Assembly: GCF_036917195.1 (NCBI RefSeq)
Contig: NZ_JBALDG010000013.1
Span: forward strand, 95,885 to 127,884
Length of the DNA: 32,000 nucleotides
Direction of reading: 5' to 3'
From: Nostoc sp.
GTDB lineage: Bacteria; Cyanobacteriota; Cyanobacteriia; Cyanobacteriales; Nostocaceae
In this document: one piece after another, positions 16,436 to 25,107 of the stretch
How the letters are laid out: the number at the start of each line of letters is the position of its first letter
How positions within the stretch are numbered: position 1 is the first letter of the stretch
The notes under the pieces: generated by a model
What the model was told of the DNA's origin: nothing
The model's database searches: none
Seen by the model: the letters and a program-made list of their open reading frames with translations, nothing else
Made by a program: the position numbers and the translations under genes

Positions 16436-17165
16436 TTAAAACTGCACAGAAACTGTTCCTAGCACTGTCAACGGCGCAGCGGGATAAACACTGAGTGTAC
16501 TAGTGGCACTTTCAAAGTAGTAGGTATCAAACAAGTTCTTAATGTTTAACCCCACACGCCAGTTATCTCGCCGATAATAAAGGGCAGCATCCACGCGGGC
16601 ATAACTGGGTAAGGTGAATATATTTCCTAAATCACCCTGCCTGTCGCCCACAAATGTAACACCGCAACCAAATCCAGACCCTTTCCAGCCTCCGGTTTGA
16701 TAATTCATAGGTTGTCCATAAAGAAGCACTGTTACGGGACACATTATTAGGTATATTTCCCTTAAAATCAGGATTGGTATCTTCAGTGATTTCAGGATCA
16801 ATGTAGGTATAGCTCCCAATAATTTTCCATCCCGGCAAGATTTCTCCGGCGATATCAAACTCAATGCCACGGCTACGCTGTTCACCCACTTCAATGCTGA
16901 ATCCTGGATTGTCTGGATCGCTAACGATAATGTTTTGCTTGGTGATTTGATACGCCGCCAGGGTTGCAGCTAATTTACCATCCAAAAACTCGGTCTTGAC
17001 TCCCACTTCAAAGGCTTCACCCGTGGTGGGTTTAAACGGGCTGTTGTCTGTATTGACACTGAAGGGACGAGAGGGTTGGAAGGAGCGACTGTAACTGGCA
17101 TACAGAGAAACAGGGGGAATGGGTTGATACACAATCCCCACACGCGGATAGGTAGTATGGTTTCT
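16436..17165 (-). pseudogene. C-terminal ~240 codons of a third TonB-dependent receptor, 5'-truncated and frameshifted
   Basis: ORFs 16632..17141 and 16436..16894 together read ...YPRVGIVYQPIPPVSLYASYSRSF...SRGIEFDIAGEILPGWKIIGSY...SASLWTTYEL / QTGGWKGSGFGCGVTFVGD...AAPLTVLGTVSVQF. A 1-nt shift near 16700 separates them. Homology to the receptor stops near 17165. Confidence 0.85.
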
Positions 17166-17263
17166 TAGGGGAGCAAGCGGCTACGCAGCTAATACAACAA
17201 GGCAAAAGTTAAAAGAAAGAATCAAGATTGTGCAAACATTTTACTTATTTGGTGGTGGTAGTT

Positions 17264-17430
17264 TTATTTACGCCTTGCTGTACCAGGTTTTTCCGATAGC
17301 GATACCACCACATCACAAAACCACTAACAAACAAAATTAACGGTGCAAGTCCAACGAACACATAGAGAATGCGAGTAAGCAAGCCGCCAAATGTGCCGAA
17401 GTGTAGGGGAGGAAAAGAATTGAGAATGCG
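17264..17430 (-). pseudogene. C-terminal ~55 codons of a PepSY gene (fragment)
   Basis: The minus strand reads ...[55 protein letters not shown], which matches the C-termini of PepSY1 and PepSY3. There is nothing upstream of it. It is misplaced between two receptor fragments. Confidence 0.75.
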
Positions 17431-17620
17431 TAGCCGCTTTGCGGCTTGTCGCTAGACATCGCCTAATTGATACTTCAATCAAGTTGAAAAATTGCCAAAA
17501 TAATTAAGGTGTAGGGTTGTGTTGGTTTGGAATGTTTCGCGCTGTGCGCTGATCGCACTCACGTACAGAATTGATGGACAGAAACTTTGCTAAGGGAACT
17601 CCCTCAAACTTGGTTAGGTA

Positions 17621-17647
17621 GCGATGTCTACGACGGGCTACGCCTAC
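17621..17647. repeat. 27-nt dispersed repeat gcgatgtctacgacgggctacgcctac (copy 1)
   Basis: This is the exact reverse complement of 23095..23121. A diverged relative (tagccgctttgcggcttgtcgctagacatcgcc) lies at 17431..17463. The repeat abuts the truncation point of the AMIN-only ORF. Confidence 0.85.
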
Positions 17648-17649
17648 GC

Positions 17650-18213
17650 TCAAATCCTGTAGGTTGTTGGTTGCTCTGGCGGGGTTTGTTGTGACCCTGG
17701 CGCAGGCGGGGTGGGGTTTTGCGCTCTAGATGCAGCACTGGCAACCTCAAAGATTAGACCCTCATCTGGACTGTCAGATAACTCAACTGTTGGTACACTT
17801 CCTTCACCGATAACTGTCACCCGAATCGTATTGGCATCAAAGTTAGTGACTGTTATTTCAGTAATACCTGCAATTGGTTTAGTGGAGCGGTATGTAAAGG
17901 CTTCACCCGATGGTAAACGCAGTTGAGCATTGGGAACATCAGCGATAAAGCTATTACCAGCACTGCGATTTATAACTTGTAACTGTTGACCAAGAGAAGT
18001 CTGTAAAATTATCTCCACGCCTTGATTGGTGGGATTGGCTTTCACTCCCGTCACCTGTACTACCATTACACCATCTTGAGCCAGCAGTGCAGCACTTCTT
18101 TGAGGATGAATAATATCCTGAAGGCGAGAAATATCCGAATCTGCTTCAGCAGGTTGCATCGTCAGAATTGAGATTACACCTACTACGAAAAGAATATAAG
18201 ATTTTTGACCCAT
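17650..18213 (-). pseudogene. 5' fragment of a TonB-dependent receptor: signal peptide plus AMIN domain only (intact 187-codon ORF)
   Basis: The product reads MGQKSYILFVVGVISILTMQPAEADS...VTGVKANPTNQGVEIILQTSLGQQLQVINRSAGNSFIADVPNAQLRLPSGEAFTYRSTKPIAGITEITVTNFDANTIRVTVIGEGSVPTVELSDSPDEGLIFEVASAAS, followed by a short P/Q linker and a stop. The plug and barrel are absent. Confidence 0.8.
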
Positions 18214-18394
18214 AGCTCTACACACCATGATCGCAGATTTGCAAAACAGTTGCAAGTAAATTTCGATAACTTTTAGGTAGAATAGGGCATTTTCTGATTT
18301 CAGGTGATCTCTACAGGGTCATTTGCGATCGCTAGCCGGACTTTTTTGCCACTGTGCTTATATCTGTTCTATTGAAGCGATCGCCTTCCTACCT

Positions 18395-19099
18395 TTATTT
18401 CTGCAACTGCTGCACAAACGCACTATGCTCCGGTGATTTCAATCCCGCTTGCACCACCTCTAACACCTGCATCATCTGATTGTTCAACAGCGCTTTCACC
18501 GCCAACCATAAACCCGGAAACACCTGAGAGCGAATAATTCCATCTGCATCGGGAGATTGCAATCGATAGTCGCCATCACTTAGGCAAAACCATTCAATTT
18601 GATTCTCGTAGGATTGCCAAATTACATACTCCAATACCCCATTACGGCGATAAACCTGCTTTTTGCTGCCTCTATCAATAGCGACACTACTCGCTGCAAT
18701 TTCAACAATCAATTCGGGAGAGCCTTCAATGTAACCGTCGCTGCTCAAACGGGTTTGTCCGCCTGCGTCCGGCTCAATAAACAGCACTGCATCTGGCTGG
18801 GGTTCATTATCTAAATCTAGTCTGACTGTCGGTGCATCACTCAAATCAACACCAGGAGTCAGTGATTGGTAGACTCCTAACCAAGTTATAACTCGACTGT
18901 GAGGTTTGCCATGCTGCTCATGTCTTAAGGGAGATGCCACGTAAACGATTCCTTCAATGAGTTCTGCTTTCTTAATATGGGTTGCAGCCGCATAACGCCG
19001 TTCAAATTCGGGGCGAGTGAGGCGATCGCCACTTTCAAGCGGAGGCAGATGTCTCTGAGACGAATTGGATTGTGTTTCGGGTGAGTAGTCTCTAACCAT
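18395..19099 (-). CDS. Uma2-family (DUF820) putative endonuclease
   Basis: Family pattern ...KAELIEGIVYVASP...PDAVLFIEPD...PELIVEIAASSVAIDRGSKKQVYRRNGVLEYVIW.... The ATG at 19099 (MVRDYSPE...) is preferred over the TTG at 19141. Confidence 0.85.
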   Translation of the reverse strand: MVRDYSPETQSNSSQRHLPPLESGDRLTRPEFERRYAAATHIKKAELIEGIVYVASPLRHEQHGKPHSRVITWLGVYQSLTPGVDLSDAPTVRLDLDNEPQPDAVLFIEPDAGGQTRLSSDGYIEGSPELIVEIAASSVAIDRGSKKQVYRRNGVLEYVIWQSYENQIEWFCLSDGDYRLQSPDADGIIRSQVFPGLWLAVKALLNNQMMQVLEVVQAGLKSPEHSAFVQQLQK

Positions 19100-19185
19100 T
19101 TGCCAATCCTTGAAGTTGCCGGATACTTTTGACTTTAGCAAACCTCTTGTGCAGGTTGGCTAAATCATGCCATCTATTTGCTTTT

Positions 19186-19342
19186 AATACGCTTTTGGAT
19201 TTACACCGTATTTTTTTCTAAACGTACTAGCAAAGCGACTGCGGTTTGCATAACTAACTTTTTGAGCGACTTGTTCAATTTTCATTTGCCTTGACAGCAG
19301 TAATTGCCTAGCTTGTTCCATGCGATAGTCGTGTAAGTAACC
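19186..19342 (-). pseudogene. 3' end of a third AraC regulator gene joined directly to its own upstream region (internal deletion of about 800 bp)
   Basis: 19186..19342 aligns almost base-for-base with the last ~160 nt of AraC copy 2 (about 14750..14915). The following 19343..19410 aligns with the sequence just upstream of the AraC copy 2 start codon (15716..15770). The start codon and most of the gene are missing. Confidence 0.8.
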
Positions 19343-19481
19343 TTGTGTGTTGTACTGTGCGATCTGCGTATCGCCGTTGATTAGATATATTACATCTATC
19401 TATGCGATCGCACTGCGAACCGTAGGTTTATTGCCTTTGGTTGCTGTTATGTGAGTCCGAAATCACTGATTCATAAAAATG

Positions 19482-20627
19482 TTAATTCGGCAAATTTGAA
19501 CTTGATGTTGTATAAATATGTGGTTTTGTGCGGTGACGATACTGCCACATCACAAAGCCAGTGATAAATAGAATTAACGGTGCAAGTCCAACGAAGACAT
19601 AGAAAATGCGCGTAGGTATTCCGCCAAAAGTGCCGTAATGGAGTGGTTCAAAAGAATTGAGGACGCGATCGCCCAACGGCATCTCCAATATGTTATCCAC
19701 TCGCAACACTTTACCACTGTACTGGTCGAGATAAACATAACTTTGCCCGTTCTCATCATTATCCTGAGGCAATTTAAAGCGAATACTCAAAGCATCTTCT
19801 GGTTTACGAGGAAAGTAAATTGTCCCCAGCATTGCATTTAGGAAGGTAGCACGAGCAGTTTTTAATTGGTCTGCCAGTTCCAGTGGAGTTTTACCAGGAA
19901 CAGGTACAGAGACAGGTTCCAATGCTGGCTTGCGGGTAAATGTCACTGCATAGATGATGGGTTTAGTGAAATCAGAGAAATTCCAGCAGAAACCAGTGAA
20001 GCCTGTGAGGACAATAAATATAGCTGTAACAATGCCTGCAACTTTGTGAATATCAAAGTTAACCCGTTTTGGATGAGCATCAAGCTTGATTTTGAAGCCG
20101 TTGAGCAGCTTTCTCCAACCGGGCCAGAGGAGGATACCTGTAATACTGAGGATACACATCAATAAGGCAGCAATCCCAGCGATCGCATATCCAGTTTTAC
20201 CTGCTAATAAACTGTAGTGGAGTTCGTAGACAACGGAGAAAAATTTTTCCGAAAAAATTTCCTGACTGTTTCCAAGAACCACTCCAGTGTAAGGGTTGAC
20301 ATAGAGTTCAGCCAAATCGCTTTCCCGTTTTCTGGGAACAACGATCGCGGGAGCATTTGGCTTTGCAGACATATAAATCCGATCAATTGTTACGCCTGGT
20401 TGATTTGCATAGGCTGTTTTCACCTGATTGAGGATAACTTCCACAGGTAAGCGTTCGCCACTAGGAGTAATCGTTCCAATCTGACGATGCAATAAAAAGT
20501 CACTAATTTCATCATGAAAGACTAACAAACTACCCGTTAGACCGATAGCGATCGCAATCAGACCTACAGCTAACCCGATATAACGGTGTAGTCTTAATAC
20601 AAAGTCTCGGAGTTTTTTTGAGTGCAT
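19482..20627 (-). CDS. PepSY-associated TM-helix protein, copy 3 (intact)
   Basis: MHSKKLRDFVLRLHRYIGLAVGLIAIAIGLTGSLLVF...[40 protein letters not shown]. It is collinear with PepSY1. Confidence 0.9.
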   Translation of the reverse strand: MHSKKLRDFVLRLHRYIGLAVGLIAIAIGLTGSLLVFHDEISDFLLHRQIGTITPSGERLPVEVILNQVKTAYANQPGVTIDRIYMSAKPNAPAIVVPRKRESDLAELYVNPYTGVVLGNSQEIFSEKFFSVVYELHYSLLAGKTGYAIAGIAALLMCILSITGILLWPGWRKLLNGFKIKLDAHPKRVNFDIHKVAGIVTAIFIVLTGFTGFCWNFSDFTKPIIYAVTFTRKPALEPVSVPVPGKTPLELADQLKTARATFLNAMLGTIYFPRKPEDALSIRFKLPQDNDENGQSYVYLDQYSGKVLRVDNILEMPLGDRVLNSFEPLHYGTFGGIPTRIFYVFVGLAPLILFITGFVMWQYRHRTKPHIYTTSSSNLPN

Positions 20628-20656
20628 AAACAATACTCCTTTGTATTCTATTGGAG

Positions 20657-20805
20657 TCAAAACTGCCACGAAATTGTTCCCTGCACCGTCAGCGGCTCAC
20701 CTGGAAAGACTCTGAGAATGTCAGAAGATGATTCGTGGTAATCAACGTTGAAGATATTTTTGATGCTGACAGCAGCTCGCAAGCGATCGCGTGATTCATA
20801 TTTTG
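20657..20805 (-). pseudogene. last ~47 codons of a fourth TonB-dependent receptor (remnant)
   Basis: Only the C-terminal part of ORF 20657..21040 is receptor-like: ...YESRDRLRAAVSIKNIFNVDYHESSSDILRVFPGEPLTVQGTISWQF*. In addition, 20867..20891 (cagagcgaaacgtaaacgtatcgcc) matches the AMIN-coding segment of TBDT2 (14125..14149) at 23 of 25 nt. This implies a huge internal deletion. Confidence 0.7.
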
Positions 20806-20885
20806 ATTCAGCAACGCCAATTTTTCTCAAGTTTATTGAAAATAATCTCATATTTTTTATGATTATCAGAGCGAAACGTAAACGT

Positions 20886-21251
20886 ATCGCCATTCTTGTA
20901 ACTATGAATATCATCACAAACGCGATCAATGCTTTGGAAGAGTCATATATCAATAACCAGCAGTCAAGTTGTAATCTGCAAATCACTATCCGTACTGAGT
21001 TACTCAACTCAGATTGGGTTGCTATTGAGATTGCTGACAATGGAGTGGGAATGTCACAAGAAGTTCAACAACGTCTATTCGATCCCTTCTTTACGACTAA
21101 AGTAGTAGGAAAGGGAACTGGTTTAGGGATGTCAATTAGCTATCAAATTGTCACAGAAAAACATCATGGTCAACTGCGATGTATTTCATCTCTAGGAGAA
21201 GGAGCAATGTTTATAATTGAGATACCTATTCGACAAAATAAATCCATATAG
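20886..21251 (+). pseudogene. histidine-kinase fragment (HATPase_c domain only)
   Basis: N box (MNIITNAINALEE), G1 (IADNGVGM), F (FDPFFTTK) and G2 (GTGLGMSISY) are present. There is no HisKA/phospho-acceptor His region or sensor domain upstream. The first ~45 codons of ORF 20748..21251 read through receptor debris. Confidence 0.8.
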
Positions 21252-21428
21252 CCAAATCTACTGGCTGATAATCAAGAAGTGCAAAAATGCTAAAAATACT
21301 TAATAGTTTTGTATTTTATATGCGGCTTTTCCAGCAGTCATCAATTAGATTTATAATACATATTTATAGTGGCACAATAACTTGTGCCACTACTGTGTAA
21401 TAAGCAAAAATTAGAACTGCTATGCAAT

Positions 21429-22835
21429 CTAATTGTCTATAGCGACAGAAATAAGTTTGCTGTAATATTCAGTTTTTGCATAAATACTGATGATACTATC
21501 ACCAACTGCAAAAAAAGTACCTTCTTGCTCATCTTTAGAAAATTGTAAATCGGGATATTTAGCTGCAACTTCCTCAGCAGTCATAGCTTTTGCTTCCATT
21601 TTATCCGGCAATAGTCCAGTACAACCAATGTAAAATACCAAAGGAGATATCTGATCTCGGTAGATTTTTTCTACATATTGCTCTAGCTTAGTATTCGCTG
21701 CTGTCAAAGCAGCAACCATTTCCTCTTTGCTGATTTGCTTACCAGTTTGTTTATTCTCCAATAACTGCGCCAAACTATCAGCACCAACTTTCTTAAGAAT
21801 ACCTACAACTATGCCATTTTGCTCAAGCCCAAGAAAATCATCAAAAATTGGTTTCATAAACTCGTCAACTTTCGTAATCTTGGTGCGTGATGACAGTAAC
21901 CTGTGCCTAACAGTGAGATTCTCATTAAATGCCATCTCAAAACTCGGCTTAATGATAATTTCTCCAGTTTGTTTGTCATAAAGACGATACATTCTATTTA
22001 GAAACCTGTTAGCAGAAGGTAACTTACTGAGATGAAGAATTTCTTCACTACCGATGTCGATTTTATAGCTCAATCTTGAGTCAAGAGTCCCATGAAGTAA
22101 AGCTTGATTGACATCAGTGTATTCATTAGTTGTAGGAAAGTTGATATAAATATTCTTGGACAAATAGTGCTTTTGAAACTCGTCTAACTGTGCCGCTATA
22201 AATACATCTGACTCTTTTTTCAAGTGAGCAGAAATAATACTACCAAGCACTTTAATTTCTGCTAGCTGATAGAATAGTCCATCAATGCTACTGTAACAAC
22301 TATCAAAGGCTACAAGCGGTAAGTTATCTAGCTGGATGGAATATTCAGCATTGAAGTCAAAATCTTTTGCATCCACCACACCCTTTTCTTTGAGCAAGTC
22401 AAAAGCTTTTTTACTACTAAGTTTGATTTTTAAGGACTTCACATTTATTTTGCCGTCACTTACAATCGTGTAATTATTAAAGCTATTGAGGTCATTTACC
22501 AGCAAACCTGCTACCTCAATAGTGGGGGTTTGGTCTTCAAATTTGGTAAGTTTGACTTGACGTTTGACAAGCATGTTAATAGTAGCAGTATTGCGATTAA
22601 ACTGAAATTCGCCCATACCAACATACTCATTATTATCTATATATTCTGTTTGCAACCAAGGTTGAAGCAGTTCCCCATTTTCGTTTCTAACACCTTTAAT
22701 ACGCTTAATACCTGTTCTTTGATAATCTTCTTGCAGATGTTTAATATTGATGATGATATTGTTGCGATATTCTGCAAAAATTTGGATGAGTTCTAGCAGA
22801 GAAATTTGATTACTTGCCATATTGTCACCATCCAT
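21429..22835 (-). CDS. hypothetical protein, 468 aa (463 aa if the start is at 22820), no recognisable family
   Basis: Long uninterrupted ORF in a visibly AT-richer block. There are no TM segments and no P-loop, nuclease or HTH motif that I can recognise. It is bounded by a kinase fragment on one side and repeat debris on the other. Confidence 0.75.
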   Translation of the reverse strand: MDGDNMASNQISLLELIQIFAEYRNNIIINIKHLQEDYQRTGIKRIKGVRNENGELLQPWLQTEYIDNNEYVGMGEFQFNRNTATINMLVKRQVKLTKFEDQTPTIEVAGLLVNDLNSFNNYTIVSDGKINVKSLKIKLSSKKAFDLLKEKGVVDAKDFDFNAEYSIQLDNLPLVAFDSCYSSIDGLFYQLAEIKVLGSIISAHLKKESDVFIAAQLDEFQKHYLSKNIYINFPTTNEYTDVNQALLHGTLDSRLSYKIDIGSEEILHLSKLPSANRFLNRMYRLYDKQTGEIIIKPSFEMAFNENLTVRHRLLSSRTKITKVDEFMKPIFDDFLGLEQNGIVVGILKKVGADSLAQLLENKQTGKQISKEEMVAALTAANTKLEQYVEKIYRDQISPLVFYIGCTGLLPDKMEAKAMTAEEVAAKYPDLQFSKDEQEGTFFAVGDSIISIYAKTEYYSKLISVAIDN

Positions 22836-22880
22836 ATAAAGAGATCAAGAATCTATTTGTCTTGTTAAGAGTCTCCGACT

Positions 22881-22960
22881 GGGAATGCCTAATGAGAGGC
22901 TCTGAGACTAGCAGCAGAGCCGCAATGAGGAGCATTTCCAGCCAGAGGCTGGAAACGAGG
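22881..22960. repeat. twin-hairpin small dispersed-repeat-like element
   Basis: Two adjacent perfect 7-bp stems: ggctctg (22898..22904) pairs with cagagcc (22915..22921), and ttccagc (22936..22942) pairs with gctggaa (22948..22954). The sequence style (gggaatgcc...aggctggaaacgagg) is typical of Nostoc intergenic repeats. Only one copy is in the window. Confidence 0.4.
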
Positions 22961-23094
22961 TTTTAAAAAAGTTTTAGCTTAAGTTGACACTAATGGGCAA
23001 TGCCATGCCCCTAGCAACGTATTTGTATCATTATTAAAGTGAAATGGTATTACATCCTCTTATAGTACAATTATACTATAAAAAATAAAATTGT

Positions 23095-23121
23095 GTAGGC
23101 GTAGCCCGTCGTAGACATCGC
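23095..23121. repeat. 27-nt dispersed repeat (copy 2, inverted relative to 17621..17647)
   Basis: gtaggcgtagcccgtcgtagacatcgc is the exact reverse complement of 17621..17647. Confidence 0.85.
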
Positions 23122-23234
23122 CCTGCAATGAGGTGTTATTCTGTACCGAGCATTTCTGCCATACTGCTGAATAACGCCAGAATAGATGCTTTATAACCTT
23201 TGTGCCCCTGAGTAACTTTGTATAAATTCGTTAT

Positions 23235-24905
23235 TTAGGCTCCGGGTTTGAAATAATCAAAGAGGCGATCGCCTGAATCTGCGCGAATCAATGCCACAAC
23301 TACATCGGGTAAGGTGGTTAAACTAGGGTAAACCAAATAACGTGGTTCCCAACCGGGGCGGAACTTGTCTTTGTAGGAGTGCAGTCCTTTGAAATTGTAG
23401 AAGCGACTCAAATGTTGGTAAAGATAGTGCAATACTTTCTCCAAGCGGCGCGATTCTGGGTTGTCTCCAACTCCCGCAAAGGCAGAAAGACCGAAATTAA
23501 AGCTGTCGTAGCCACACTCTTTAAAATGCTGGAGTAGGGAAATAAATAGAAAGTCCATTGTGCCATTTTCGATGGACGGGCGGTGTCGCATCATGTCAAT
23601 GGTCGCTTCGTTGAGTTGGTACTCCCGGACAATGTTAGCAAAGGCGCTGATCTCACCTTCGGGATTATGCATTACAGCAATTTCGCAGTCTCGCAGGTAA
23701 GCTTCCTCAAACCAACCTAAAGAAAAGTGTTTTTCTGAACCTTGTACCATCTTCAGCCATTCATCACTCACAGGTTTGAGTCGGTGCAATAAATCATTGG
23801 CGATGGGTGGTTGGTAAAAATCGATTTGGTATCCTAGCTTAGTTAAACGATTGATTGATGGTCTAAAGTTTTTACCGGCTTTACCTTGTAAGGTAAAAGT
23901 TTTCAGGTCAACGATCGCTTCTTCTCCAATCTTGAGTACCTTAAACCCCAACGATTTGTAAAGCTGAATATCATCAGGCAAAGTTTGGTAAAAGCCAGGA
24001 TACCAATCGTTGCGCTGGCAAAACTGCTGGAAAGCAATAATTGTCTCTTTGCGGTCTTCAATCGGGCCTATGGGATCTCCTAAGGCGATCGCACCCCGTC
24101 CTTTGGGAACATAAGCAATTACACTGTTACCAGTAGGACTAAAATAATAACTTTTATCATTTAATAGGGTCAACGCTGCTAAAGAAGAACGGCCGTATTG
24201 CTCGACAATTTCTTTTGCCTTTTGCTGTTCCTTTGGGGTTGCTAGATTCCGCCAAAATACAGGTTGCAACAGCATTAATATTGCATATGCAATGGTAACC
24301 GCGGCAATAATATAGATGGAATTAGCAAAAAATTCTCCAAATCGGCCCTTTGGTTGCAGTCCCCAATTATCCTCGGTGAAGAACATCGCTAAAGTCTGAA
24401 CTATCGCTTCACGCCAATTAAAATTCTCTGAAAACTTGCCGTCTAACAAGTAAAATCCAATAGTTCCATATGCCAGAGTAAATAATAAAGCGCCTATTAG
24501 CACTCGAACTCCCCGTGCGATTGAAGGACGGTCTGATTTTGCTGTGAAAAAATGGCGCATCCAGATTAATTGCAGCAGCAAAACTCCAGAGAGGAGACTT
24601 TCTTCATAATCTAATCCCTTCAGCAAGTGGCTAAAAATGGAAATCACTAGTAAACCAATGGTCAGTAACCAGGCTATTCTTTTTCGCCGTAACAAGTTAG
24701 TAGCAAGTGTGAGTAAAACAAAGCCAGTCAGCGCTGCAAATACATGACCAGTGGCACGAATTTCAAATGGTAAAAATTCCTTCAACCAGTGATTTCGCCC
24801 ATATAGGTTAGGTGTCACTGCTGATAACAAATTTATTACTCCGACTAAACCTGTAAGGAAAGCTACATTCCAAAGTCCAATCTGAGTTTTTAAATTATTG
24901 GTCAT
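23235..24905 (-). CDS. mprF: aminoacyl-phosphatidylglycerol synthase, MprF C-terminal half (about 6 TM helices plus a DUF2156 synthase domain)
   Basis: 556 aa. The N-terminal third is polytopic (…GLWNVAFLTGLVGVINLLSAV…). A soluble domain follows with the MprF/LysX-type layout (…YFSPTGNSVIAYVPKGRGAIALGDPIG…FSLGWFEEAYL…FNFGLSAFAGVG…YNFKGLHSYKDKFRPGWEPRYLVYP). Confidence 0.88.
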   Translation of the reverse strand: MTNNLKTQIGLWNVAFLTGLVGVINLLSAVTPNLYGRNHWLKEFLPFEIRATGHVFAALTGFVLLTLATNLLRRKRIAWLLTIGLLVISIFSHLLKGLDYEESLLSGVLLLQLIWMRHFFTAKSDRPSIARGVRVLIGALLFTLAYGTIGFYLLDGKFSENFNWREAIVQTLAMFFTEDNWGLQPKGRFGEFFANSIYIIAAVTIAYAILMLLQPVFWRNLATPKEQQKAKEIVEQYGRSSLAALTLLNDKSYYFSPTGNSVIAYVPKGRGAIALGDPIGPIEDRKETIIAFQQFCQRNDWYPGFYQTLPDDIQLYKSLGFKVLKIGEEAIVDLKTFTLQGKAGKNFRPSINRLTKLGYQIDFYQPPIANDLLHRLKPVSDEWLKMVQGSEKHFSLGWFEEAYLRDCEIAVMHNPEGEISAFANIVREYQLNEATIDMMRHRPSIENGTMDFLFISLLQHFKECGYDSFNFGLSAFAGVGDNPESRRLEKVLHYLYQHLSRFYNFKGLHSYKDKFRPGWEPRYLVYPSLTTLPDVVVALIRADSGDRLFDYFKPGA

Positions 24906-25107
24906 TAGTCTAAAAGTATTAATTAGAAGTTAGGAGTTTTGGCTCTACCACTCTCTTTAGGGACTAAAATAATAAACAAACTAGTTTTATCGGCTGTGTT
25001 ACTTATACGGGTTAAGTTTCGATGTTTTGAATTTTCTCCATAACACCTTAATTTGAATGTCATAGCACAACCAAAGCGGTAGAACCTGAGTTTTCAAATT
25101 TTAACTC

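Noticed and set aside
20657-21040. 127-aa ORF treated as a real small protein.
   Set aside because: Only its last ~47 residues are receptor-like. The rest reads through debris and antisense to the kinase fragment. It is better explained as a receptor remnant.
21368-21391. Hairpin agtggcac-aataactt-gtgccact between the kinase fragment and the orphan gene, considered as a bidirectional terminator.
   Set aside because: The 8-bp stem is perfect, but no U-tract follows on either strand. I cannot distinguish a terminator from a chance palindrome in AT-rich DNA.
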